A stretch of DNA of 64,000 nucleotides. Source: Lepidodermella squamata (Eukaryota; Animalia; Gastrotricha). The notes under the pieces were generated by a model. That model searched no databases, was not told where the DNA came from, and worked only from the letters and a program-made list of their open reading frames with translations. The position numbers and the translations under genes were made by a program. This document shows positions 13,321 to 24,990 of the stretch, one piece after another. The DNA lies in contig JBLDXI010000031.1 of the NCBI GenBank assembly GCA_047495785.1, positions 372,001-436,000 of the forward strand. Reading direction: 5' to 3'. How positions within the stretch are numbered: the first letter of the stretch is position 1; every line of letters begins with the position of its first letter.

Positions 13321-14834
13321 GTTGAAAGCCCCGAGAAGCAGCCTGTTTGGTTCTTTTGGAGGTCATTTTGCTACGACAACGTCATAGCAGCTGGCTACGT
13401 CCTCAATGCGACTGAGACTGTTCTGAAATCGCGTAATCAGTCGCTTATTGACTGGACGATGCCGTCGCAAAGGTTTCAAAATAACGGGGGCGAGATTGTC
13501 GAAATTATGAAATCAATTCTCGACAAAATGCAACTTCGCACGTTCCTGGGCGAGGTGACATTCGATCACAGAATGAGGTTCGCCTACTCACAGATCCAGG
13601 AAAGTGACACTGAAAAAAGTTATTCCAATCAACAGCTGCCGAGACTTGTTGCTATGCCTGTGGCTATTTACAACGTTGATGAGAACAACGCGAAATCTAT
13701 TGAATTTGGACCACACAATTTCATCTGGAAAACATGGAATGGAAAGGCGCCTGAAGATCGATTGAAAGTTGTACAGATTCAAAAACCAGTTTTAGACCAA
13801 GCATCATACGGAGCACTGAAAGGCATCGGATGCATCGAATGTTTGCTTCTAATCGGTCTTCTTATTGGAACTATAAGGTCTATGCTACTTGAAGGGCGCA
13901 GAACTCGCGAAGCTAAGTGTTGTAGTTTGTCCATGATTTTCTCCGATTTGCTGCTTTTATGCAACGTCCTCTGCCAGCCTCAGGATTCGAATGAATCGAC
14001 CTTATGTTCAACCTGCATGCTTTCTTATGCATTTCTCACGCTCGGTCTGTCAGGAATTTTCTTCAGTTTCATGGCGAATTTCGAATTGGTTGCAAAATCT
14101 GTCAAAATTGTCGCGAGTAGAGGAAGACTTCAGTCTTCTACAGCTAAAGAATTGCAAACTCGAGGGAGCAGTGTTTATTTCAGAGAGTCTTCGGCAATTG
14201 AAGCGAGGATATCGGTGATACCTGCCAACCAAGTTTCCAGCTTGAAGAGGAGGTTTCTCACATTAGGATTCGGCCAAACTGGGCTGTCTTCCATGCTACT
14301 TCTAGCTTGGTTTATAGTTAGCCCGTTTGAAGTTAATGTCCGAACAGTGGACTATATTGAAGATCCTAGGAACCCTGCCCTGGCTTATCTCTACTTAAGG
14401 AAAGAATGCTCTATCGCAGGGAATCAAGTTGCCTATGGCATTGTCGGAGTTTTAGCCGCCATACCTTCAACATTCATCCTGAGGTCTTGCCAGCTCATTC
14501 TTGGACTTGATCGAGTAAGTTTTTAAATAAGTTACACTAAACCTTAATTAATCTCGTCCTTGATTAGACGAAGAGCTCTAGAAGCAAGTTGATGTCAAAT
14601 TGTTTCTACGGCAGTGTCATACTAATTGGATGTGCCTGTCTGGTATGTGGCGCCATCTTTAGCGACGATCAAGCTCATCTTCGCATTTCGCTGTCCGCTT
14701 TCGTTCTGATTCTGCCGCTTATCAACTCAGCGCCGTTATTGCAAGAGCTTATAGGCGGGATGAAGAAAACTACTGAGTTACGTGAATCCGTTACGGCGTC
14801 GCGGCGCAGGACAATTTCGTCGCGCTCAGTTTGA
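12158..14834 (+). pseudogene. Divergent GABA-B-like class C GPCR (Venus flytrap + 7TM), copy B1 with nonsense codon in the signal peptide
   Basis: Exons 12158-12457, 12512-12661, 12715-14514, 14568-14834 with GT-AG introns; seven hydrophobic segments. TAG at 12173-12175 where paralog 62833 has TGG; 6-bp deletion (LY) near 12772. Could still initiate at ATG 12206. Confidence 0.75.
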
Positions 14835-15490
14835 AAGGAGCCGCAATTATATATTATCATGGTGAATCATGTTAGGAGTAAGGATCTATTTTAGTGATGC
14901 ATACGAAGACCATCCATCAACGACCATACTTTAAAGATTGAAAGAAAGACCTGTAAAGCGAGTATACGACTTCGATGATTTTAAAGTTTTTGGACTATAT
15001 GTTACCGACTCGCCAAGTAAATAAATTTGAAACATATCACACGACATCATACGATCTCATGGCGTAAAAATATAGACCTCTTTCCAGCGTAGAATCTATG
15101 AACGATTTCGCTCTTGATTTAGGAAATGTTTCAATGAGGAAACCGGGCAAAATGTGGAAGCAGCGGCTATAGCATCAGGTGCCGTTAAATGCGGAAACTT
15201 ATCGATCGATAGTAACAAATGAACAATGAACCATTCGAATTTCTTGAGTTGGCACTGACATGAATATCAAATTTAACACCCATCTGGTGACTAAATCTAT
15301 TTGCTATAATTTTTCATAGCATAGAAACATTGCATGATGCATTGGATAAGCTTGTTGGAATGGAAATATATTGGTTCATAGACGTTAGCCGCCTCCAAGT
15401 TTCCGACTGCTTTATATGTCTAATGTTTAGCAAAGCAACTTTGTCGAATTTGCGCTCCGTTTAAATTATTTAGAGTCTGCTTTGATAATA

Positions 15491-15741
15491 ATGTCAATAA
15501 GGATTATTACAGCCCTCAGCTTCATTTCAGTCATTGCTGGGGAATCAATTAAAAGAAAGGAACTTGTTGTATTATCGCTACATCCATTCGCGGGTTACGA
15601 GCCTCTAACCTTCCAACACTGCCGCTCTGTCCAGCAAATGGTGGTTGACGATGTGAATAAATGCAGCGACATTCTACCCGAATATAAATTGACATTTGAC
15701 TTCCGAAATGAAGGTGCGGCTGGAATGCTGGCTGTCCGAAG
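15491..15741 (+). pseudogene. Truncated first exon of a third class C GPCR-like gene (gene C)
   Basis: Signal peptide MSIRIITALSFISVIAG then Venus-flytrap-like DDVNKCSDILPEYKLTF; runs into unrelated TACAC/GTGT-rich sequence at ~15742. Confidence 0.6.
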
Positions 15742-16681
15742 CTACGGCTGTGCTATTACGTGTGCTGTACATTCATGTGTACGCATATTGCATAGGCTAG
15801 TATACACGCGCGTACACGCTCGTACACGCGCATCTATGCGAATATAACTGTAAACAGTGCGCGGGTAAGGAGAGCCGCGCATTTGCCGCGGGTTATTCAT
15901 AGTGCGCGAGTTCTGAAACACCCTGTACGAGGCGATCACGATTCGACATTTCAAACTGTAAGGTTATAAATGACGTCTAAAAGAGATGCAAAGAAAAAAT
16001 ACAACGTTAATTACAGGTAAGGTCCCTAGATCACAGATCTGAAATCAGATTTTAAAATTCAAGACTGTTTTGAGCAAGCTTGGCTAAGAACCTGGATTTT
16101 GGACGCTTTTTCACCTTAACAGGCGACGGGTGCTCTCGGATGCGTTGAACAAATTCCCGGGTATTTTCTTTTTCAAAATCTAAATGATAATATTTATTTA
16201 CATTGATTTTCTTCACTATAATGTATTATTTCAGCACTGGTTATTATTCATGTGAACTTTGATTAGCGGGGTTTTTTGAACGCATTCATTTACCGTTACT
16301 TGGAAACAGCTCAGCTGTTGTAGCTGATAACCTGCACTTCGCTATAACGATTAAGCTTGAAGCAGGGGGGATGGTTTAAATTTTTGGGGGCGCGACTTTT
16401 CGCGAAGAGAAGGTAAACCCCCTCATCCCCCCGCTATTTCCTACACTGCGTACTGCATTGGGGACAGTCTTACCGACTGTGACAAAAGGCCTGCTATTAG
16501 GGACAGGCATACCCATAATCTTAGTCTGGATTTGCAGTGTCAAAGTCCACACATTTTTTGCTTCATGATGTGTGGTCGGGGCGGTGGGGTGGTCGATTAG
16601 GTCGGGAATTTTTTTATCATCTAATAATTTCTCGTGAGCATTATTTCCCCATTATTTACTTATTTAAATATTCTTTTTTTC

Positions 16682-17751
16682 ATGACCAAAACGCGGAAAA
16701 TCGCAGCAAAGGAAGCGGCAATTCAAGCCACAAAAGATGCGGCAATTCTTGAGGAGAAAGATCGCAATCGCAAGCAGAGCGATGCGCGGCGAAAGAGTGC
16801 GCGAGAAAACGAGACAAGCACACGAAGAAAGGCCGCTCCTGTTGCTGAAGAGGTCGCGTTGAAGTTGCCGCGGGTAGCCAAACAGCGAAAAACTGGCGAA
16901 GCGGAAGGTGTTAGCGGCCAAGAAATGGAGGTGGAGCGTAATGGAGTTGAAGGCGGAGATGATCACGAGGTCGATGGTCATGATGATGGCCAGGATGGTG
17001 CCGTGGGTGATGCTGTTGTTGATGGCGAGGAAGATGCATCGGAAGATGACGAGGACAATGACGAGGATGAAGATGAGAGCGATGACGAGGATGACGACGG
17101 GGGTGATGGCGAGGACGATAGCGAGGATGATGGCGAGGACGATGCTGATGAGCAACATGAGCCCGATGAACGTGAACCAATCGAGCCGACCCAATCGACT
17201 AAATCCAATCGAGCGGTTTCACGTGATATGCGCAAGAAGAGCGGTAAATCAGGCAATTCGTTTGCTCCAGGACCGTTGTTCTTCAGCGTCCCTGACAGCG
17301 ACCGAGTCGATCTAGATTCAAGTTATGCTTTCAAAATGTCATGGAACCATATACAAAATGTGGCGAGCAGCTATTCAAATTGTAAGCCTTTGTTTTGCTG
17401 TGTAAATTGTGTAAAATAGTGTTTAATCTCACAGCTAAATCAACGAAGAGCAGAACCGAGTGGAGTCCCGATGAAAGAAATCGTATTCGGCATTGTTTCG
17501 CCTATGTTGTCAGGTCTGGGATAAAATTTGAAAGTGTTACAGCTAAAATGATCGAATTTTGGATGGCAAAGACACCAACAGATCGTGACCTCGATAAAGA
17601 GTTGGGTAGAACAACTGGCGCCATTGCCCGTCAAATACCTGTGATCCACCGCCTTATAAGAGCGGGCGTGTTTCGTTTTCAGTGGGACGCTAAGGACAAG
17701 TTCCGTTTGTTCTATAATGCTGATCGTGATGGTTATGAGGTTGACAAGTAA
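16682..17751 (+). CDS. ~338-aa protein: basic N-terminus, long D/E tract, C-terminal Myb/SANT-like domain (transposon ORF2)
   Basis: Exons 16682-17381 and 17435-17751 join in frame across a GT-AG intron; RTEWSPDERNRI...ELGRTTGAIARQI resembles a Myb/SANT helix-turn-helix; AATAAA signals follow. Domain call is by eye. Confidence 0.7.
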
Positions 17752-17918
17752 AGGTTACGCTGTGATCTTTTGCCTCCTGCCTATGATAAATCAAAGTTGA
17801 GGAAGAAATAAAGCTACGTCGACAAAGATTAATGCGGAAATAAAATGATGACATGATGACATAGTTCAAACTTTTTATTTATCAAATGAAACACAGTTTC
17901 TAGGTACTTCAAATATTT

Positions 17919-20646
17919 TCAAATCAGCTTCAAATTTTCCTTCATGTTTTCGATTTTCAAAATCTGGCACGGTTTGGAGTATTTGTTTGAAATTGAACAG
18001 TCCATCGTTCTGCGTCTTTTCTTGTTGCTCAACTCAATGCTCTCAGTGCAGAGTTTTGCCAAATCGACCCCTTTCTCCAGAAGCTCGTAAACTTGGCACC
18101 CGAGCAAATGAGCGTAAGAAGTAACTGGTCCAATAGTTCGATGCCATATCTTTTCGTAGCAGCTAGCCATAATTTTACTTGGGACTAATACTGTATGGAC
18201 TCGACACTGCTAGCATCTCTCCATTAAAATCCTGCTGGACGCAAAAAACCGTCCGACGAATCGTGATCGTAAAGTCGTTCAAAAATCGCGAGAAAAAAAT
18301 CGCAAAATGACGTTTACGAGAACCTTTTTTACGCATGCGCCCATTACATTGGGAAGAATCGAAGTCTCGTCCTGTCGGTACCGTATCACACCTTACCTTT
18401 ATTTCGGATTGCATTTAATTTTACATAGCCGAATTCTACATGAGAGGAACTTTGTAACGGTATAAACCATGACCTATTGGGTGCTGAATTTACTTAGCTA
18501 AATTGACGTTTCTAACAGAATGAGGAAAAATTTCTAAAAATAGAACCGAATTATTTACGCTGATTCATTCAGAAAAAATACGAGAGAATATTCATGACTC
18601 ATTGAATAATTTTTTGCCATTTTTTTATTTCCTCAAAAATGGCAATTTCTGTGTAAAATTCAAAGTAAAATCACAGCAAAGTCATAAAATTTTGAATTTG
18701 GCACTGTTGCAAAGATCGTGACTTGAGCTATCGATATTCATAAAAATTAAGTCTGTATCTATCGGTATGACTTGCCCATACGGTACTCTCGTGAAACTTG
18801 TCCTGTTTTTGGCTTTGTAACGGGCGGATGCGTAAAAATGGTGCCTTTAATGCGTAAAAAACACATTTTTTCATGTGATTTTCTCGCATCAAAATTATTG
18901 ATTTTTTTCCTGTCCAGCAGAAAAGTGGCTAGTGTCGAGTCCATACAGTATTAGTCCCAAGTAATTTTAGCTGTTGACGTCACATGGTTCATCTCGATGT
19001 CCCGAAATACCATCAAGGTGGATAGACACAAGGTTCGCAAATCCTTTAATGAAGACAGCAGTAGCTTCTGACGGCTGCTTTGAGACTGAATAGATCCCCT
19101 GCGAGTGTTACGACCTGAAGTTTTGACTGAGTTGAGGAAGTTAGCCGGTAGGAAAAATGACTCGGATAGAGGCTTTCCAATCATTCTCTTGGCTAATTCA
19201 GCAAATGCCTAGTTTAAATTTCAGTTAGGAACTAATTTATTTCATATAACACAAAATTAGGGTCATACCTTGGAAATGCCGTAGTGATTGGAATTTTTGA
19301 TAAGCACACTAATGACACCTCGTTTTGTGGCTTTGGTCTCGATAGAAAATTTTGGCGTTTTCGAGTTGGTTTTCAAGAAAGAAACAAGATCGTTCATAGC
19401 ACCGCGGAACCCATGGCTTTTCAGAACACGTATGATCTATTGTTAAATAGAATATTGAACTTTCAAGTTGTTGGAAGGAATACCTACTTTAGCAATAAGT
19501 TGACGAGCAATATTGACCTTCATGTGGAAGAAATCAGGTAAAATCAGAAGTTTGTCAGGACCCAAACGAATCATCGGGGCAAAATCTTTCGACCAACCAA
19601 GCTTTCCTTTAAATGAATTTTCGTATGAGTCGAATCGGCGTTTCCGCGAAAGGACATTGAGCTTTTTAATATTCCTTTCACAGATTACGCAACGAAAATC
19701 GGCGCCCTGGTGACCACAGCCAAAGAGCTTGACAGTAGCTGGGTAGTCACAGCAAACCAATAATCGAAAATCGTAAGAATCATCCCCGATCTTCAAGCCA
19801 TCTCGAACGATATTCGAGAGCTCGCCGATGGTTGGCTGTAAAAACTTCCTGAACATCTCGGAAGATTCGCTTCCCTGGTACATTGACAGCTGATATTCAC
19901 CAGCGCAGTCCACTTTGGCCTTTGACTTAGCAGCACAAATGTATGAACTGACTGTTGCATCTGCCATGCTCGTCCTAGCTGCCATGCCATCCACCTGTTC
20001 AATTTGACTTTGCCCTAGCAAGGACCATATGTAATTTTGATTTACCTGAAGCCGTAGATCATTAACAACGTCTTTTTCCAAGTCGCCTCGAACAATCATT
20101 TTTTTAACGATTGAATCTACCGAGCGATATGCGCCTAATCCGCGGTGAGTTGATGTTATTGGGTGAAGCATAGCAAGGCGCTTTCGAACCCCATAGAAGT
20201 TTTCTTTTGTTACACTTTGGTAGCCAATTTCATTTTTAATGGTCATGAGGGTGGAAGCATTAATGCCGTGTTTCAAGCCGAGGCGAACCAAACTAAACAT
20301 AATAATCAAGCTGTAATATTACCAGTTGACAATTCAACCTTAACCTCTGCGTTTTTTCTCCAGCCTGTTCCTGTTTAGACTCGTTTTTCAATGGCCATTC
20401 CGACGCAACCACGCCTATGTTTTCGTATTCTACAACTAATTGGGCTTTTTTAATAACAGCCCCGTCCATAGCTGCATTGAAAGGCCACGCCACAGGTAAC
20501 GACTGCAAGAAAAGATTCTGCACCACCTCAGCTCGATGTACAGCTGATCGGTTGGAAATTGATGAAACGGGGCCCTTCATTCGAGACAAGCTGCGCCTAG
20601 CTGCATCTTGATCAACTATGGTCGGCTCAGAGTAAGTCGCCGGCAT
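17919..20646 (-). CDS. RAG1-core/Transib-like DDE transposase (~579 aa), interrupted by a MITE
   Basis: Exons 20646-20345, 20310-20046, 19994-19488, 19436-19269, 19208-18962 + 18169-17919 total 1740 nt and stay in frame once the MITE and one TSD are removed. Motifs: VDGM, CCDYPA...CVIC, PDFFH, GPVTSYAHLLGCQVYELLEKG..LAKLCTESIELSNKKRRR. Confidence 0.8.
18178..18961. mobile_element. 784-bp MITE with 8-bp TSD inside the transposase
   Basis: 31-bp perfect TIR CTTGGGACTAATACTGTATGGACTCGACACT; TAATTTTA at 18170-18177 and 18962-18969. Confidence 0.92.
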
Positions 20647-20969
20647 GTGATGAAAGAAATTCTGGAAACCTATAGAATCAATAATAATTACTTCTGCAAA
20701 TGTTCAGATTGATTCAAAGATTTTAATTCATATTTGTATGATAGTAATTTATTACCCAAAAAAGCTCTTTTTTTTATTTAGAAAATCCAATAAATGACGG
20801 AAGATGAGAAAAACAATTTTTTTCATGCTAATAATGACCACGGTCACCGACCGCTCCGACCGCTCCGACCGCTCCGACCACCGCCACCACCATGACGCAT
20901 TGAACAGCAAAAAAAGTGGACTTTGACACTGCAAATCCAGACTAAGATGATTGGTGACAAGGATTCGTA

Positions 20970-21330
20970 ATGGGGACATCAGTCGGCATGTTGTGCGACG
21001 ACAGGTGACAAGAATCAGCCATTGGGGAAAGTCTTGACTGGGGACAACAGTCGGCCATTGGGGACAGGCTTCTCAACAGCTGACAAGAATCCATTTGGGA
21101 CAGTCATTGGGGCCATTGGGCATTGGGGACAGTCTTACCGACTTGGGGCAAAAGGTCTGCTATTGGGGACATGCCTCTTTACACGAGACAAAATCAGCAA
21201 TTGGGGACAGTCTGACCGACTTGGGACAAAAGGTCTGCCATTGGGAGAAGAATATTCGCTACAAGAATCGGCTATTGATGATATGCTTCTTGACTGTGGA
21301 CAACAGTCGGCAATTTGGGACAAGGATTCG
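20970..21330 (+). repeat. ATTGGGGACA-type repeat cluster
   Basis: Multiple cattggggacag(tcttaccgact) units; also at 16456-16510, 21615-21658 and 22543-22565. Confidence 0.8.
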
Positions 21331-21658
21331 TAAATCCCGGAACCCTTTACCTAACAAATTTAATTGCACAGGCGCGCTCGATGAGTCAAGTTGCCGGTTA
21401 ACAGTAACGGATTTCGGCCTAGGTACAGCAGGAATGTTCGTTCTTCTCTTGGGAGGCGATGCATTTTTTCATCAGATTCGGAATCGGAATAAACGATTGC
21501 TGACTCAGACGCTCTAATATCAATTACAGCGGCTTGTGATGTAGCAGCCACTCTGATAAACTTGTTTACTGCCGTTTGAGAGGGAGGCTTAGTCACTGCT
21601 ACGAGGAGAATCAGCCATTGGGGAAAGTCTTTCCGACTTGGGTCAAAAGGTTTGCCAT

Positions 21659-22542
21659 CAGGGCCGGATTAACCCTCCGGCGGCCCCTGGGCTCTTGACG
21701 TTTGGCGGCCCCATTTTTTTGTGAATTTCTGGAAAAAGACGATACAATTTTAATTTGTAATTTTTAGAACACTCGCTAAGCGCAATAGTGTCCACTATTA
21801 TTGGTGTTATGCAGTGTTTTCCTTAAGATATTGATTGCTGTTTAAACCATATTTTTAAAAACACTCATGCTTACGTTTTTCAACATTTTTCAATGGGGAA
21901 TGGGGACACTAAGGTGGGCGCCTTCAGTCCAAGTCACCAATATAGCTAGAGCTATATAGTAAACGCTCTAAGGATGAATTCGATGGAAAGCTATTCAATG
22001 GCAAACCGCGCATCTCGTTTCGGCGAATTTTCATGTCATATTTATGGTTAAATTTTTCTTACCGCGAGCGAAGCGAGCTTTAGCTGACGATATTTCTTCT
22101 GATTTTGAGGTAGAAACGGTCTAAAAATGGAACATTTGAAACATAATTTCCCATTTTTTGCGCTCGTGAACTACCTCAACTATATCAAATAGTATCTGCG
22201 TAAACGTTGAAGCTGTAGAGATCTCGGATTTTACTACTATACTATAAAAGTCAAACAATGAGGGGCATAACATTTGATTTGTCAAAAATGCCACAGATTT
22301 GGTGAATTAGGTTCCTAAAAGTTATCGTATAATGAAGAAGTAGGGCGAGCGAAGCGAGCAAAATTTTTGATTATTTAGCTTCTCCAAGCGCTAATAATAT
22401 CCAATGGCCACAGCTATTAATCTTGGGCGTCTCGAAATGTATGAGTGTGTAAAATTTGACTTTTCAGTCGACGCTGGCGGCCCTTTTTGACTGGCGGCCC
22501 CTGGGCTCCAGCCCTCCAAGCCCATGCGTTAATCCGGCCCTG
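21659..22542. mobile_element. hAT (Ac-like) MITE, 884 bp
   Basis: TIR CAGGGCCGGATTAA; perfect 8-bp TSD TTTGCCAT. Confidence 0.92.
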
Positions 22543-23624
22543 TTTGCCATTGGGGACAGGCTTCTGGACAGGGTTGGGGCTGTTTAAACAATCTGTTTAT
22601 ACAGTATGTTTAAACAGGTCCGAAAAATCTGAAAAACAGGGTTTATACAGGTCGAACAGTGTTTTAACTACGATCTAACGTAAATGGTATATCGGAGCAT
22701 AAAAATATAGATCAGGTTTCCCTAACATTTGCTTATGACGTAACTGATGGTAGATATAAGCTCTGAGCTCTGAAAAAACAATCGAAAATGGCTGAGTAAA
22801 TGTCAATCAGTCAGCTGATCGATCGCTAATAACCGATAATCGATAACCGATAATCGGTGTCGAATGCTATAAAGCTGATGTTACCAGCTTGTTCAGCGGC
22901 AAAAGTTACCCTATCTGTCATAATAACGAAGATATCGCGAAATCAGTTTATGCTTCCGGTAGGGTATAATTGGGCGGTTTCGCGCCTTTAAAGTTGAAAT
23001 GTTCATAAAAATCGGCAAAACCGCCTCCTTTGACCTAGCAAGCCCCCTTAAGCCCCCTTGCTAGGTTATAAAATAGCAATAAAGTGCCTTGCAATAAAGT
23101 AATAAAATAATTACCGCCGCCCCGCTGCAAACGAACGACCGATGTCTGAATCAGACTTATCAGTCTCTAAGCGTGGTCTCAGTCATCAGCTGTCCTGAAA
23201 TCTTCGGCGGATCAGGTGATGTCAATGAATTTTTCGCTGAAAATGCTCACTCTAACCGACTCACGCGCCGGATGCTGCCAATTATGTTACAGTTAACATG
23301 ACGTTTTGTTAGACACTCAACTTGATTTGAATGGTGCAAATAAACGGCCGTCCATAGCCTCGTAATGTTGACTTTCCATGCTAAGGATGCATTATGAGTA
23401 AGGGTGACGCTCGCCTTTGCTAAGCGCTCTCTTCGCTTAAAAGCCATCTTGCTATGGATGTCTTGCAAATCCTTGGATCGCTAAGTCTGAAGGGGCGAAT
23501 TCTGAGTAAGGATTGTTGAGTAAGCCATCCATACCAAGCATACCAGTGACATCGCGTCCTTACTTGGAAGCCATCTTGCTAAGGATGTCCTTACTTGGAA
23601 GCCATCTTGCCAGGGATGTCCTTA

Positions 23625-24360
23625 TAGTGCGTTCACAAACTACTTCGGAGACCGACCGCTTCGGAGAGCGAAGTAGAAACTTCGGAGAGAAATAGCAAAA
23701 CTTCGGCGGCCTTATCAGTGGCATTTTCTACGCACGCGCGCGGCGCGACGACCGAAGTTTCTATTGTTCGCGGCCGAAGTTTCGCCGCTCGCTCACACAC
23801 CACGCGCGGGTATGGCTCTTACTCAGGGTCAATGCAATTTTTTTCCATTTTACCTTAATTCTCCGAATTGTTTGCATAATGAGACGCGCCTTCTGATGAG
23901 GATAAAAAGAAGCTAAATATTAGCGCTCAGTTCACCAGATTCGCTATAAAAAAATATTTGCTCAAATATTCTCGCGCATTCTCATTCGCGTCATAGAACC
24001 CGGACATTTTTGCAATATTAACTTCTCAGTATCTAAATGCTTCACTATTGCTATGTAATTTTTTAATGGCTAATGAAACGGATCGCATTGTCAATGAAAA
24101 TATCACCGGAAAGACAAATTTGAGGCGCCTGGTACAGTGTGGTCAAGTGGCTGTGTGTGCGCGCGCGTGTTTGCGTGCGTGCGTAATAACTTCGGACGCG
24201 CTCAAACTTCGGTTCGGAGGCACTTCGGAGAGCAGTTTTGGGGCTCTCCGAACCGAAGTTTATGCGCGTCCTTTGTTCGGTGCGCGCGTTTGTGAACGAA
24301 AATCTAAACTTCGGGCAGCGATTACGCAACTTCGGAGGCCTGTTACGAAACTTCGGTGGA
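23625..24360. repeat. ACTTCGG-motif-rich degenerate repeat (likely non-autonomous TE)
   Basis: Many ACTTCGG/CCGAAGT motifs clustered at 23640-23790 and 24190-24360; no termini identified. Confidence 0.45.
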
Positions 24361-24990
24361 GGAGGGAGGGGCCTTATACCTATAGAATATAAAAACTACC
24401 CAAGGAAAACATCTTTGCAGTTCATTCTACTTACTCCTTAGTTTATGCGAAACACATAATAATTTTGTCGATCTGATCGCATATTTGAAAATATTATATA
24501 TCTAGCTTTAATTTGATATCAAATTCATCCAATTCAGGTTTTGTAATCGCTTACGGCGAACCTTCGAAGATCGAGTAAATTCTTAGGTAGAAAAAAGTAA
24601 AAAAATAAAGAAGCTGAAGAAGCTGAGAATTATGAAAAAATAAACACGTGTTTCTTTAATAAAAATAATGATATTGCAAAGGAAAAAAGGTGTATTAACG
24701 TGCACACGTCGATCATTGAACATGTTCTATTCACGTATTTCAAAGAATTGATGGCGGAACCTTGAACTGAAGTTGAGAAATGTGATATCCATTCTACTAC
24801 ATCATCAGTACACTCCAATCAGTCAATTAGCTGGTCGTAACTAGCCCTTATTTATTGTTTCCCGATATAGCCGTTCCTAATAATAATAGCTTTTCCTAAA
24901 AGAAGGATAGATAATAGTAATGCCAATATCTTTTCACATTTACTAAATATTGGCATTACGCTCTGATGCCACAAATTCACAGTGTCATCT

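Larger units (their letters stand above)
12943..18961 (+). repeat. 6,019-bp direct duplication, copy 1 (copy 2 at 28128-34146)
   Basis: Constant offset 15185; every ORF in the track repeats with an identical translation; junctions read directly. Confidence 0.97.
16511..20956. mobile_element. Two-gene inverted-repeat-bounded transposon with RAG1-core/Transib-like transposase
   Basis: Perfect 33-bp inverted repeat ATCTTAGTCTGGATTTGCAGTGTCAAAGTCCAC at 16518-16550 and 20916-20948, extending imperfectly both ways; encloses two convergent spliced genes. Exact termini and TSD not resolved. Confidence 0.75.

Noticed and set aside
16511-16560. Canonical 12/23 RSS in the inverted repeats
   Set aside because: No CACAGTG heptamer with a correctly spaced ACAAAAACC nonamer; only a CAC start on one side.
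16664-17315. Hydrophobic, His-rich, Ser-rich and Met-rich ORFs overlapping ORF2 (also at 31849-32500)
   Set aside because: Alternative-frame shadows of the GAT/GAG/GAC acidic tract.
16682-17751. Calling ORF2 RAG2-like
   Set aside because: No kelch repeats or PHD finger visible; only its position and acidity are reminiscent.
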